A stretch of 37,618 nucleotides of DNA from assembly GCF_001194135.2 (NCBI RefSeq), contig NC_068983.1, forward strand, positions 127,780,189 to 127,817,806, read 5' to 3'. The translations under genes and the position numbers were made by a program. The DNA is from Octopus bimaculoides. Its lineage: Eukaryota. Under the pieces are notes generated by a model. The model was not told where the DNA came from. It did no database searches and was given only the letters and a program-made list of their open reading frames with translations. Shown here in pieces: positions 12,695 through 24,600 of this stretch (position 1 is the stretch's first letter; each line of letters begins with the position of its first letter).

Positions 12695-15600
12695 ATAATG
12701 GAATAATTATTTACATATTCTCATTAACTAATATATTCGTTTAACTAGATATTGCCTTTAACTGCCAATAGCCTGCATTTAACTGTCTCGTTATTACTTA
12801 TATCTGTATATATTGTTATGATAAAAGAATAGAAAGGACGGCTTAAGTAATAGATATTGTGCAGTGATAATTTTTGTAGGAGCATAGTCAGTAGAAGATG
12901 GAATGATCCCATGAAGCTTTCAGAGCCTTGGAGATCAGTGGAAAGGAAGATATATTCAGGCATCACCTGACGGCATGTGCAGATGTTTGGACTTCCTTAA
13001 AAAGATCCAAACTCTGGTGGTGGTTGGGGTGATGATAATTTTAAGAATATACAAGTAGATTCCTTGCTTGTACAAAGTTTTAGAGAATTTAATAAATCAT
13101 CTTTGTTTGAAATTCGATAGAACATCGGAAACGTGAGGTGAAATCCCTCAACTATTTGTTTTAAATTCATTGGAATATACAAATCTATAAACAGTGTTTT
13201 CTACAATTTAAGAAAAACTTCGAGGTAAATGCTAGAAAGAAAAAAGAAACTTCAGCAATACACTTATAAACTGTAACTGAAACCCTTTTCAGCCATAAGT
13301 TCTATTAACTTCAGAGTTGTAAATTATTGTGAATGCAAGTTTTTTCTCTGAAAATGTGTATAGAAACTAAAACCATTACACCCCAGGAGAGCTACCTGAA
13401 ATATTTAAAGATGAACCAAAATATACGATAGATTTATGAATAACTGTATTTATTTTGTACTGCCAAAATATATTGGTACATCTCACCAATCTCGTTATTG
13501 GCATACTTCTACAGCGTGTTTTTGATATGTTCGTTAGTCTTAGAGTTCACCTAACAAATTCCTAACACATTTTAAGGTATGTGCTTGATTTTGGGGCCTA
13601 TGCGTAAAATGATTGAGATTTATTACTACATCGGCGATAAAATGCGCACCAATATATTGCGGGTGCAATTAGATCAGGCAAAATTTCCTCTATCAAATTT
13701 ATCCATTCTTCGAAAATGAAAAATAAATTTTACAAAAAACTTCTGAATCGATTTTTCTACGAATTCAATTCTCTCATTAATCAAATTATAATGACCGTAA
13801 AAAAATCAGGTAATGAAAAAAATCTCTGCAAAATTTGAAGTTGACATTTACACGGATTTCAAAGTGATTTATCCAATGTTAAGGCAATTAAATATGAGAT
13901 ACAATGTTTGCATAGTATCGATCGTGAAACGTCGAAGTTGGAGATAAACCTTTTTTCTTTCTGATACTAAACCTCACAAAGAGAATTTCTGACAAGGCAA
14001 CAGATATATCACCCTACTTAAAATTCTTAAAAGAAAAATATGGAATTTAGCCAATCACTTCAATATTAACTTAGACTCAAGATTCTAACGAAGTATTCAG
14101 ATATACTTTATTTGTAACAATTGATTAGAGCTGCCGCTTCCAAGCCATCAGTGATATTCCTTTTGAGAAAGTTACATCACAGAACTACTTAAGGAATAGG
14201 GAACCTTATGCTTCAAACATATCTGTTGTTAGTTCATAACAAGAATGAACACAAACGTTTCAGCAGTACAACTTCTTATCTTTCATCAGATATAACTGTT
14301 CACTTACAATCATGAACATTGGATGAAACTTTGCGCTTCATTCTAAGAAATTCTGTGTGATTTACTACTAAATACAAAACATGCACTAGTGTTTAAAGTT
14401 ATACCGACACTTGTTCAGAATACAGTTGAACGGCAAATGAATACTTTTAAAAACTGTGCCGTTAATTTCGCTGAATATGCACTTACTATTGTTCATGTAC
14501 ATGTTAAGACCTCCAGTACATGGGCTGGTATGACATATCTAATTGTCATATTATCAAGAAGATAGACTTATTTCCTTATATTAATGTAGCTTATTAGCAA
14601 TGAATAATCTGAAACCTTTCAACTTGCAAATTTCTCCGGATACAGTATATCTCTAGCTCTGTCTATCTACATATAAATAAATAAATACCTTATGGATATG
14701 CATCTATATATTAGCCAATATAAATTGACCAAAGTATGACAATACCGCAACATTTAAATTCAATCGTCCTTTACTTTAAGTGTAGAAATAGGCTGTAAAT
14801 TCAATTATATATACGCATACAAATATATACACACTACTAGAGGACCGTCGATTCTCTTGAAATCTTCCACCCTCTTAAAAAGTGGATGTCTAACAGCAGC
14901 ATTCTCAGTAATTATGTTTGATGAAAATGATGATTTTCTTACCGATAAACTGACAAGGCAGATGTACTTCTTCTGGCTTAAACGGCTACAGATAACAGGT
15001 GCTGGTTAAACATAAGTCTGCCTTTACGCACACACTCACACACATATACAAACACATGCAAATACGCACAACGGCACATAAATATACACACGCACAGACA
15101 TAAAAACGTATACATACACATATAAACATAACAGCATATACCATATATCAACGTGTATGTATATATTTATATATAACCGTGTATATATCTATGAATAACC
15201 AAACACAGTACATATATACAAAAGAACAGATATGTCTATATGTATCTGTGTGTGTGAGTGTATTCATAATACTTTAAACATGTCGAGGACATAGATGCCT
15301 CGCTCAAAAATAAAATAAAATAAAATAAATTAGAAAGACATAAATATAAAATATGAGCAACCTAGAAGAACCTCATATTTAATTCTACATTGCACTATGT
15401 AAAACACAATGAAAATCTATTTTTGATATTCAACGTGGTATCGTCATATTGATTATGTTAGTGAAACGGCTATTTTCACTTTAAAACTATACGTTTCGTC
15501 GTCATTATTCATACTATACATTTCATTTACATTTCTAATATAATTGTTATTATTGTTTTCTTTATAATTTCAATTTTCTATTACGCCCAATTTGCACCAT

Positions 15601-15831
15601 TTGTTCAAGCTGAGCGACAGAATCAAGAATTCCCATTTGATTTTCATATATTTTGATTTAGTTATTTGTTTGTTTTCTCCATAATTTCAACTTAAAATTC
15701 CCTATTGTGCTTGATAAAGGAAACTTTTAGCTCAAAAGATGCAAAGGAACACGTGAATCACTATATGTATATATTCATATCCACATGAGTATCAATGTAC
15801 ACGACCGTATATAAATATATATAGACATGAC

Positions 15832-15832
<1 letters not shown>

Positions 15833-15879
<47 letters not shown>

Positions 15880-16128
15880 NNNNNNNNNNNNNNNNNNNNN
15901 NNNNNNNNNNNNNNNNNNNNNNNNNNNNNNNNNNNNNNNNNNNNTGTGTGTGTGTGTGTGTGTGTGTATTTGGGTGTGTGTGTGTGTGTGTATGAATATT
16001 AGAATATATATATATACAGATGTGAGTATGCATATTCATGTGTGTATGAATATGCACATGTTTATATACATTCACGACTGTATACAAATATATGTACACA
16101 TGACTTCATATTCGTGCACACACATACA

Positions 16129-16170
<42 letters not shown>
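15833..16170. repeat. (TA)n, gap 15880-15944, (TG)n and (CA)n microsatellite cluster
   Basis: Direct reading. Confidence 0.95.
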
Positions 16171-16173
<3 letters not shown>

Positions 16174-16442
16174 ACGTGTGTCTCAGAACGTGTTTTGTAT
16201 ATATATTTGTGAATTTTGTGTATTCACACAGTAACTGTTGCTTTATGCATGTACGTGTGTATATGTAGGTCTTTCTTTTCACTAGAGTGAGAGAGATATC
16301 TGGAATTTGAAAGAAAATACACTTAGAATGTTCTCATATTTATAAGAATATTAAAGCGATTGTTTCCACTTTTTATTGGTTCAGAAAAGGTCACATTAGC
16401 ACAGAATTTTTTTTTCTCTAAGGAATCTCAATACCAATGATA

Positions 16443-16453
16443 TATATACATAC

Positions 16454-16501
<48 letters not shown>

Positions 16502-16702
16502 TGACTAAATATTTACATATATACATGCATTTATAAAGATAAATGTTGAAACGAGTGTCTCTGTGTATATCTGTATAAGTATGCTCTCTGTTTCTGTAAA
16601 TACACACACACACGCACATAGACGTGCACGTATATGCAGATGCGTATGTGCATGCTTCTACGTATTTACAAAGACGTGTGTGTCCTTTATATTTATACCT
16701 AC

Positions 16703-16741
<39 letters not shown>
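16443..16741. repeat. (TA)n/(ACAT)n microsatellite cluster
   Basis: Runs at about 16443-16498 and 16706-16741. Confidence 0.9.
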
Positions 16742-16747
<6 letters not shown>

Positions 16748-17099
16748 TGAGAGAATTTCCTCAAAGAATCATGCAACATGTTTCTTAGAAGTATAGGCAC
16801 AATATCTACTCATAAAATATCGTTTCGATCATGGTATTTATCTAGTTTCGTCTAGAACGAGCATGCTGCTATTTCATTTTCATGGGCATCGTCATATGTT
16901 CCGTCAGGGCGTTTTGTACGATGTACCGTATCACTAACTCCATATTGGATTTCGGACTCGGATCTCGTAAACTCGTAAAATTGTCAAGAGAGACAATTTT
17001 ACTGGTAATCCATCTCGCGGATCTTGTTTCTTGTGAGCCATTTCTTCCTCCAGGTATTTTCTGCCATCTATTCAGAGTGGCTTCCGCGGACGTTACGGT

Positions 17100-17303
17100 T
17101 ACTCTTTTACTCTTTTACTTGTTTCAGTCTTTTGACTGTGCCCATGTTGGAGCACCACCTTTAGTCGAGCAAATCGACCCCAGGACTTATTCTTTGGAAG
17201 CCTAGTACTTATTCTATTGGTCTCTTTTTGCCGAACCGCTAAGTTACGGGACATAAACACACCAGCATCGGTTGTCAACCGATGTTGGGGGGACAAACAC
17301 AGA

Positions 17304-17337
<34 letters not shown>

Positions 17338-17682
17338 NNNNNNNNNNNNNNNNNNNNNNNNNNNNNNNNNNNNNNNNNNNNNNNNNNNNNNNNNNNNNNN
17401 NNNNNNNNNNNNNNNNNNNNNNNNNNNNNNNNNNNNNNNNNNNNNNNNNNNNNNNNNNNNNNNNNNNNNNNNNNNNNNNNNNNNNNNNNNNNNNNNNNNN
17501 NNNNNNNTATACATACATACACGACGGGCTTCTTTCAGTTTCCGTCTGCCAAATCCACTCACAAGGCTTTGGTCGACCCGAGGCTATAGTAGAAAACACT
17601 TGCCCAAGATGCCACGCAGTAGGACTGAACCCGGGACCATGTGGTTGGTAAGTAAACTACGTACCACACAGCCACTCCTACG
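17100..17682 (-). mobile_element. Full-length tRNA-derived SINE family B with an internal microsatellite (gap 17338-17507)
   Basis: Minus-strand head GTAGGAGTGGCTGTGTGGTA...CCCGGGTTCAGTCC (A/B-box-like), then GCATCTTGGGCAAGTGTTTTCTACTATAGCC, internal (TG)n and a (TAAAAGAG)2 tail. Confidence 0.92.
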
Positions 17683-17721
17683 TCTATGTAAACTTTTATT
17701 TATCTTAATATTTGTTATCTC

Positions 17722-17777
17722 TATTATTCAAATATATTATTCAAATATATGATTCAAATCTATTATTCAAATATATT
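17722..17777. repeat. 13-bp tandem repeat (TATTATTCAAATA) x4.3
   Basis: Units start at 17722, 17735, 17748 and 17761. Confidence 0.9.
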
Positions 17778-19273
17778 TCATTACCATTTGTATCACAATA
17801 CAACATTTTCCATAATTTTACTTTTGGTTCCATGGAAAGATGTAAAATATCCTATATGTCACTCAGGTGATGGATACTTATCATAGCGTCAAGTTAACTA
17901 GAATTGAATGAAACATCTTGAAGTGATAGGCAGCCCTTGAACTGATTAGCTGTAATATCGTTATACTCTGTGTGGTTATGATACGAAATATATGGAAACG
18001 TGATTACATTTAGAATTTTCGTCTTTTATTTTCATGCTTGAAAATGCATACCTTTTGAAAAGGACAATTGCATATCCATTCTTCAGTTATTATTATCATC
18101 AACATCATAATCCATTAGTATCACCACCATTGTCATCATCGTTATGAATATATGCCAAGGCCTCAATGAATTTTCTTAGTGTTTAATCGCTTACATGAAG
18201 TGTGTGTGCAAGTTTTAATACATGCAAACATTGAACTCTCTTTCCATCGAGTTAATTATACGAGACGAATAACCTAAAACAATAGACTCATATGAATGGG
18301 TTACTACAAACAACAGATATCCACTCGAAAATTTCAAGAAGGACATTCTGGATTTGACGGAAACAAATGTCAAATATGTGAACAGCACAAAGAACGCTCA
18401 AATGTTAGCCATATATCTACAAAGACGAAGTAGATATATGGAATTTATTTTACCCCATAAAAGTAATTCCTAACGAGCCACATCACTTTCTCCACGACTG
18501 AAAAGGAAAATAAAGTCACTAACAGAGCAGCAAATACTAGTCAATATCGAGTCAATAACATAACCATAAAACATCCAAAATATTCGACTGCGAGCTCTTG
18601 TAATACAAAACAAAACTTCTGCAGCTGTGAAGAATTCCTCGCCTTTATATATCAGCAAACATACTCGTCAGCCTATAAAAACTGAACTAGTGAGTTACAT
18701 GAAGTTCCGCATACAAATCAATAATCATATCCATAAAACAAATGTGTATCAATTATGAGTTAGATTGCACGCGTCCCAGATAATCATGCATACACAATTA
18801 CAAAAATTGATAAATCTGACGTTTGCTCATACATCACTAAATATATCTTCCTAAAATAACAAGATGTCGCGAATTTCCATGCAGCGATCAAATATAATTC
18901 CATACAAAGAATAATGCATGCTATAAATTTTATTTTTTGCATTAATAAACATATACAGATAAAAAGAAACATTGCATCTCGGATCTTATTTTAATTAAGC
19001 ATGCAAAACATAATTTCCCAAAAATGTCCATCTTATTATATACATTTGGGCTTAAGTCGCAATATATCCAACGGTGATAACGGACGAATTTATAAAAAAC
19101 GAGAGACCATTAATACTCCCTTCCCCAACAAAAAAAAAAAGACTAGCAGCAAGCAGAAAAAGTTGGGAAATCTTACTGGATTTAAATTGCACAATGTGAC
19201 ATAGTAATTCAAAGAAACTTTTATGTACATTATTTACATTTTACGGATATTTGTCCTCATCTTGTTTACCAAC

Positions 19274-19517
19274 GGGTATATGCCTCAGTGGTTAAGAGTG
19301 CGAGCTACTAAACCCAAGATTCTGAGTTCGATTCCAGGCACTGACCTCAATAATAATGATAATAATAATAATAATAATAACAACAACATCGAAAATAACT
19401 TAAGAATGAGAAATCAGGTTCCAAATTTCCCCAAGATACCTGATGAATGCTGGAGGGTATACCAGCATAAACGTTGTGTTAGCAAGAAATAAGATGAGGA
19501 GAAATATCCGTCAAATG
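19274..19517 (+). mobile_element. tRNA-headed SINE (family C) with an (AAT)n linker and a hammerhead-like 3' module
   Basis: A-box-like TGCCTCAGTGG (19281), B-box GAGTTCGATTCC (19324), (AAT)n at about 19348-19386, then CCTGATGAATGCTGG...CCAGCATAAACGTTGTGTT. Confidence 0.75.
19435..19477 (+). ncRNA. Degenerate minimal type I hammerhead-like motif (G12 absent)
   Basis: Helix I GAUAC/GUGUU; core CUGAUGA at 19440-19446; stem II AUGCUGG/CCAGCAU; AAAC instead of GAAAC; GUU site within the palindrome AACGUU. Confidence 0.55.
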
Positions 19518-19539
19518 GTACTTTATTTCACATTGCATA

Positions 19540-19730
19540 ACTCAGCTGGCAAAAGCAAGACGTACCTGTAATTCATAGGGACAAGACTGTCACATTCTGA
19601 ATATCCATGAGAACAACATTAAGAGTACGCGTGTCTAGAGTACTCAGCCACTTGCACGTTAATTTCACGAGCAGGTTATTCCGTTCAATGGATTAACAGG
19701 AATTTGCGCCATCGTAAGCCACGAAGTGCC
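19540..19730 (+). mobile_element. 3' fragment of another SINE family (D)
   Basis: gtacctgtaattc...ctgaatatccatgagaac...gagtactcagccacttgcacgttaatttcacgagcagg resembles a common octopus SINE tail (from recall; no second copy in this window). Confidence 0.6.
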
Positions 19731-20941
19731 AGTTCAATGCGCACGTGCAAACACACAAACACACGTATAATCTTCTTTCTTATTTGAGTTATATACGTAC
19801 ATAAGCTGCCACATAATTACGACTTTGTGAGTATTAGGCCCAAACTAACTACGCATAGTTTGTAGAGGACAAAATATTGTACCGTCGTCATGAAACGGTG
19901 TTTCTTTAGTAGAGTACACGAGCACATACAAATGCTTTCTGTGAACGTTGTAGCAAACAAAGATTATAGATCCTAAAACATCATATCTGAACGTTGAAGA
20001 ACCACATACAAATTGTGTCATATCGTTATATGCGGAATTCTCTATTGTAAAAGTATAATATATCGATTGTTTATTAAGAGCTGCGTGAAATACTTGTCAT
20101 TCTTAGTCAAATAGAATTTCGTGCACAATTAGTTATAACATTGGAATGATTTTCTACATACAAAATTCACATGGGCTGTTCTGATAAAAAGAGCGTTTGT
20201 ACAATAATTGAATTAAGCATTATGATCCCTCTCGAGAAAGACTTTTGTTAATAATTTCGTTAAGTGATCGCTGCCTCAGCCGTCCCAGCAGACATACAAA
20301 TGCACACAGACTCACAGGTCAACGAGGATATGGAGAAATTTCTACGCACGCGAGCGTATGCACAACATGCATTCGTATATGTGTATAGGCAAATAAATCT
20401 ATCTGTTCAAACAAATAAGTTTGAACATAGACGAATGCGCTTTGAATCAAATTGGCGAAAAAAATACATATCGTTGCTATTATGTTAATTTATCGTATGT
20501 CCATAGTTAGCCGAATGCATTTTTCAATATTTATTTTTGTTTGCAATAGCTGGTACATCTCGTCAAACTATCGTATCTCCAGCACCTTCAGATGCCAAGA
20601 TATCAAAAATTATCGAAGTATACTACAAAGGTTTCCCTATGGAAAGACGAAAGTATTGTTTTGTCATCAGTAGAAGCAACATTTTAGACTTACGACAATT
20701 ATGCATAATAGCAACGATACGCAGTGATCTTCATACAAATGTCTCACGAGGTACGTAAGAATCCTAGGCCTCACGTCAACTATTAATATTAACAAAGAGG
20801 TAGAAATTTCGAAAATATAACAACAGCCAATGACAATGTATGTCCGCATTTGAAACATAGTCAAAATGTAAGTAGATGCATTTTTGAAAGAAAGGAATGT
20901 GAACTATGTAGAATTATGTTAAAACTAGTAATGTACCGGCG

Positions 20942-20943
<2 letters not shown>

Positions 20944-20988
<45 letters not shown>
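20944..20988. repeat. (TA)n microsatellite
   Basis: Direct reading. Confidence 0.97.
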
Positions 20989-20990
<2 letters not shown>

Positions 20991-21040
20991 AGTAAAAATA
21001 AATACAAAAAAAGGGGTTTTGTATGATTTTGTATAGAGGA

Positions 21041-21330
21041 ATATATTATTTTGTTTAAAAGAGTTCCAACACTGTCTGATTTTTATGTTTTATTTATATT
21101 CCTGCAAAACCAATGCGGGATATAGAATATGGAATATACAATATATAATATGAAATAAAAATGGATGGTACAATGAAATAAAGTATTGAATGTCTTATTG
21201 AATATATGGAATATATCTTATTGAATAGATGAAATATTGAGTGTTCAATATAAAGCAGTAAATATATAAAGGCGAATACGTATTTTCTATATATTGTGGT
21301 ATTTCATCATGGCCGGTATGACAGACTTTA
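21041..21330 (-). mobile_element. Solo Penelope-like terminal-repeat (pLTR) fragment
   Basis: Long identical blocks shared with 26089-26395, e.g. ttattttgtttaaaagagttccaacactgtctg and catggccggtatgacagacttta. Confidence 0.75.
21271..21315 (-). ncRNA. Degenerate minimal type I hammerhead-like motif
   Basis: Minus strand reads GGC-CAUGAUGA-AAUACCACAAUAUAUA-GAAA-A-UACGUA-U-UC-GCC. Stem II pairs poorly and there is an extra A in the core. Confidence 0.45.
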
Positions 21331-21996
21331 TATATGGATTACTTCATTCTGTGAGTGTATCTCTCCAAAGATGCTGTGGTTTGCTGCTCGCGGTCTCGAA
21401 TATGTCATGAGGTTAATGCTTCTGTGTGACTGTTCGAGATATATTTTTGCTTACATTTCTAGCAGTTGTAATTTGCGACCTAATTTATTAATTTATCTGT
21501 CTGGTTTTAGTTGCTATAGTACCTATATTATAATGTATTTAATATATCTCAATATATTAATATATTATTATATCTTATTGTATGGTATATATATATATAT
21601 ATATATAAATATTGCCATGGATATGTTTGCGAAAGGGAGTTACAACGAGAGCAAATATTTGATTAGATGCTGAATTATAAGGGAAAAATTGCATGACGAT
21701 GGACGGATGTGCGCAGTTTGAAGATAATTGCAGTATAATAGTGAATGTTGTGTTTATAATTAATCTAGGCAACTGATCTTGTACTTTGTGTCAGCTAAGT
21801 GAACAATATGACACGCAATATAAAGGTGTTTTTCCCTGCGAACACGATGAACCTTTTTTTTTTGTTATCAGATCTTAGTTTACATCTTGCAAGTTCAGAT
21901 GAAATCGTTTTCCAATATGTCACGCACTTAGGTTTTCAACTGCAAATACTTGCGCAGGCTCATACAATTACAGGTAGAGACATAGATCCCTGAAGC

Positions 21997-22528
21997 ATAA
22001 TACCTTTCAAATATAAGCATATATTCTGAATTAAATACATTCACATTTATTTCACACATTTTGCAGTACAAATAATCATGATTTAATATTCTGCTAATTT
22101 TTTGCTTTTGTCGCAATCAAACTCTGAGTGTCGCACCACCAGCTAAATCACAAGAGCAAAAAACAGTTTTAAAAATGATATCAAGTACTTATAGTACACT
22201 ATGTCGCTGAAGCAGGAACCTCAAGGAATACATGAGGCAACTGAAAATAGCATTGGTAATGACAAGTTTTTGCGTACGGAAAGCGAGAAATGCTAGGATT
22301 ATGTTATTTATCACACGCTACCTATTTCAAAACATAATTCAAGAATTTTGCGACATTTTAGCTTTATTCAGCGGTATTAAAAGTACATAACACATTCATG
22401 TACTTTCGTACATAGGACACTGATGTATAATACCTTTGAAATATAAGCATATATTCAGAATTAAATACATTCACATTGATTTCTCACACTTTGCAGTACG
22501 CATAATCATGATTTAATATTTCGCTAAT
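21997..22528. repeat. Two ~102-bp direct repeats (21997-22098 and 22427-22528), 430 bp apart
   Basis: ataatacctttcaaatataagcatatattctgaattaaatacattcacatt... versus ataatacctttgaaatataagcatatattcagaattaaatacattcacatt... Confidence 0.9.
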
Positions 22529-22663
22529 AGTTGTTACTGTTGTAGTTCCTTCTATGAGTCCTTCTATCTAACATCCACTTTGTCTTTCAATGTACTGAAA
22601 ATTTCAAATTGTTTAGACCGAGATCAAAAGTATTTCTATAACTACACCTCTACTCATTGCATT

Positions 22664-22760
22664 AAGTAGCTGATTCGCCGGATCGCTAGCGTTTTGCATA
22701 ATATTACTTGTGGTATTTGATTCAGCTCTTGCTTTAGATTGAGATCCTGCCATAAAGTAG
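22664..22760 (+). mobile_element. Very diverged SINE family A head remnant
   Basis: tagctg...ggatcgctagcg...acttgtggtatttg loosely matches the heads at 30218 and 32354. Confidence 0.35.
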
Positions 22761-23300
22761 GGCATGTATCCAGCTCGGTCGATCGGCTAAGTTATGAATG
22801 TGTTCAACAAAGTGTTTTGCATGTTTTGTTCTTACACTTTGCGTCCAAATACTTCTCTTCTATGAATGTTATAAAATGTAATTTCCTTGGAACACCTTCG
22901 TACCGTTGGTGCCGTAATATGTGAAAACACAAGCTGCATGGGCAACTGCAGCTCATAATTTAATATAGACATTACTCGTGTGCTTCCTAGACAGAAACAT
23001 TTTATGTGCACTTGCATGTTCAACCCTGTTCAACAGAGGCTCACATTAACTTCATAAACCATTTGTAAGAACTAACCATTATGTATTTGTCGTTCTCGTA
23101 TATGAAAAGGTAAGATGCAATTTGAATGCGTTTTGTTTTTTCATTCAATCTGGTCATCTGATCACTACTTAACGCTTCTTTCGTTAGAATAAGCTGAAAC
23201 GAATTGAAGCATGTAGAGTGTTTGACAGATAAAGAGCAAACATGAAGCTAAAAGTTAGCATTCACCTGAAACGTAATGGAGAATTATATATGAGATAGAA

Positions 23301-23503
23301 ATTAAATATGGCAACTCAGATATAAATATTTGTATGGAAAATTTTTATAATTAAATATGACAAGTTGGATATAAAATATTAGTATAGAATATTTTTATAA
23401 TTAAACATGGCAGGTTGCGTATAATATATCAGTATGGAAGAATTTTGTAATTAAACATGACAAACAAGTTGGACGTAAATATTAGTATTGAATATTTTTG
23501 TAA
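23301..23503. repeat. ~50-bp minisatellite, about 4 copies
   Basis: Units start ATTAAA(T/C)ATG at 23301, 23350, 23400 and 23450. Confidence 0.9.
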
Positions 23504-24530
23504 TTCTATATTAAATTGATTATTCTACTCAATGAATGTCTACAATTTACATTAGCTACATAGCAATATTAAAACTGCAACTAACTTTGACATTTGGTGT
23601 ATATAATATTATGATCACACCAGTGTATTACACGCACTTTATTACAGAGGATATAGAAATAACATTTCGACTCAGGTGGTAGTTTTGAGATATGCTACTA
23701 AATACACAATAGGGGGCTTCAGACCATTACTGTTGGTACATAATAATAAAAAAAGATCTTTTTTTCACTTAGAATAATTTAGCATTCACATATACTGTTC
23801 ATGTTTATGCATATAATTTACACAACAATAAAATGTGGACGAAAGACCATTGATCAAAGGGAAACACCTATTTGAATGCGATTGAGACAGAGATAAATAG
23901 ATAGCAATTTAGCTGAAAATTTTGACCGGAAAAAGGTACTGAAAACTAAAGCGTATTGTTTTGGAGCAAAGAAACAAGATAGGAATTTCTTGCAGGAAAA
24001 TAAAACAGTATAAAAAAGTATAGAGGAACATGTGGAAAACAAATAACTACTGCGTCTTGTAATTGACATTGTTCACTGTAATAATATGGACACTAGGATA
24101 TTTATCAGGTTTCATTCATCATTAATGTGTCTATGTGGATAATTAATCACTAAAGTAATTGCAGTTTGATTAGATTTCAACAACAATGTTATGTGAATAT
24201 TTCTGGGAAATTTCAGGTTATTGATGACTGATTTTGTCTGTTTGAGTTGGTTAGATGCTAAACTTTTGAGAATGCATCTATACAGACATTTAAGTGACAC
24301 ACGTTCCATGTAGTCGTAGTTAACTGGATACTAACTTACATGACAAAGAAATTCCAACACATTTAAATTACACTGATATTTCTAAGGAACATGCGTCAGA
24401 ATAATGAATATTTCTGGTACATGACAAATGAAACAATCCATGTATTTAAATTATTGAAATAATAGTTAAAACAATGTAAGGTTCTTTAGCTGGCTCGTAG
24501 ATAACTCATATTCACATATCTACACACATA

Positions 24531-24531
24531 C

Positions 24532-24597
<66 letters not shown>
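24531..24597. repeat. (TA)n microsatellite
   Basis: Direct reading. Confidence 0.97.

Positions 24598-24600
<3 letters not shown>

Noticed and set aside
12940-13230. Helitron/Pif1 helicase resemblance (IQASP..RHVQMFGL; INSVFYNL)
   Set aside because: It requires several assumed frameshifts, and no Walker or other helicase motifs are found.
13500-14060. Possible MITE/DNA-transposon remnant
   Set aside because: No terminal inverted repeats or TSD could be delimited by eye.
16882-17205. ILDFGLG kinase DFG-like motif in a plus-strand ORF
   Set aside because: No HRD, APE or other kinase motifs, and the ORF ends in antisense SINE sequence.
19274-19340. tRNA-like sequences here and at 17630-17682, 27584-27640, 30218 and 32094
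   Set aside because: A/B boxes without a complete cloverleaf, followed by SINE bodies; these are SINE heads, not tRNA genes.
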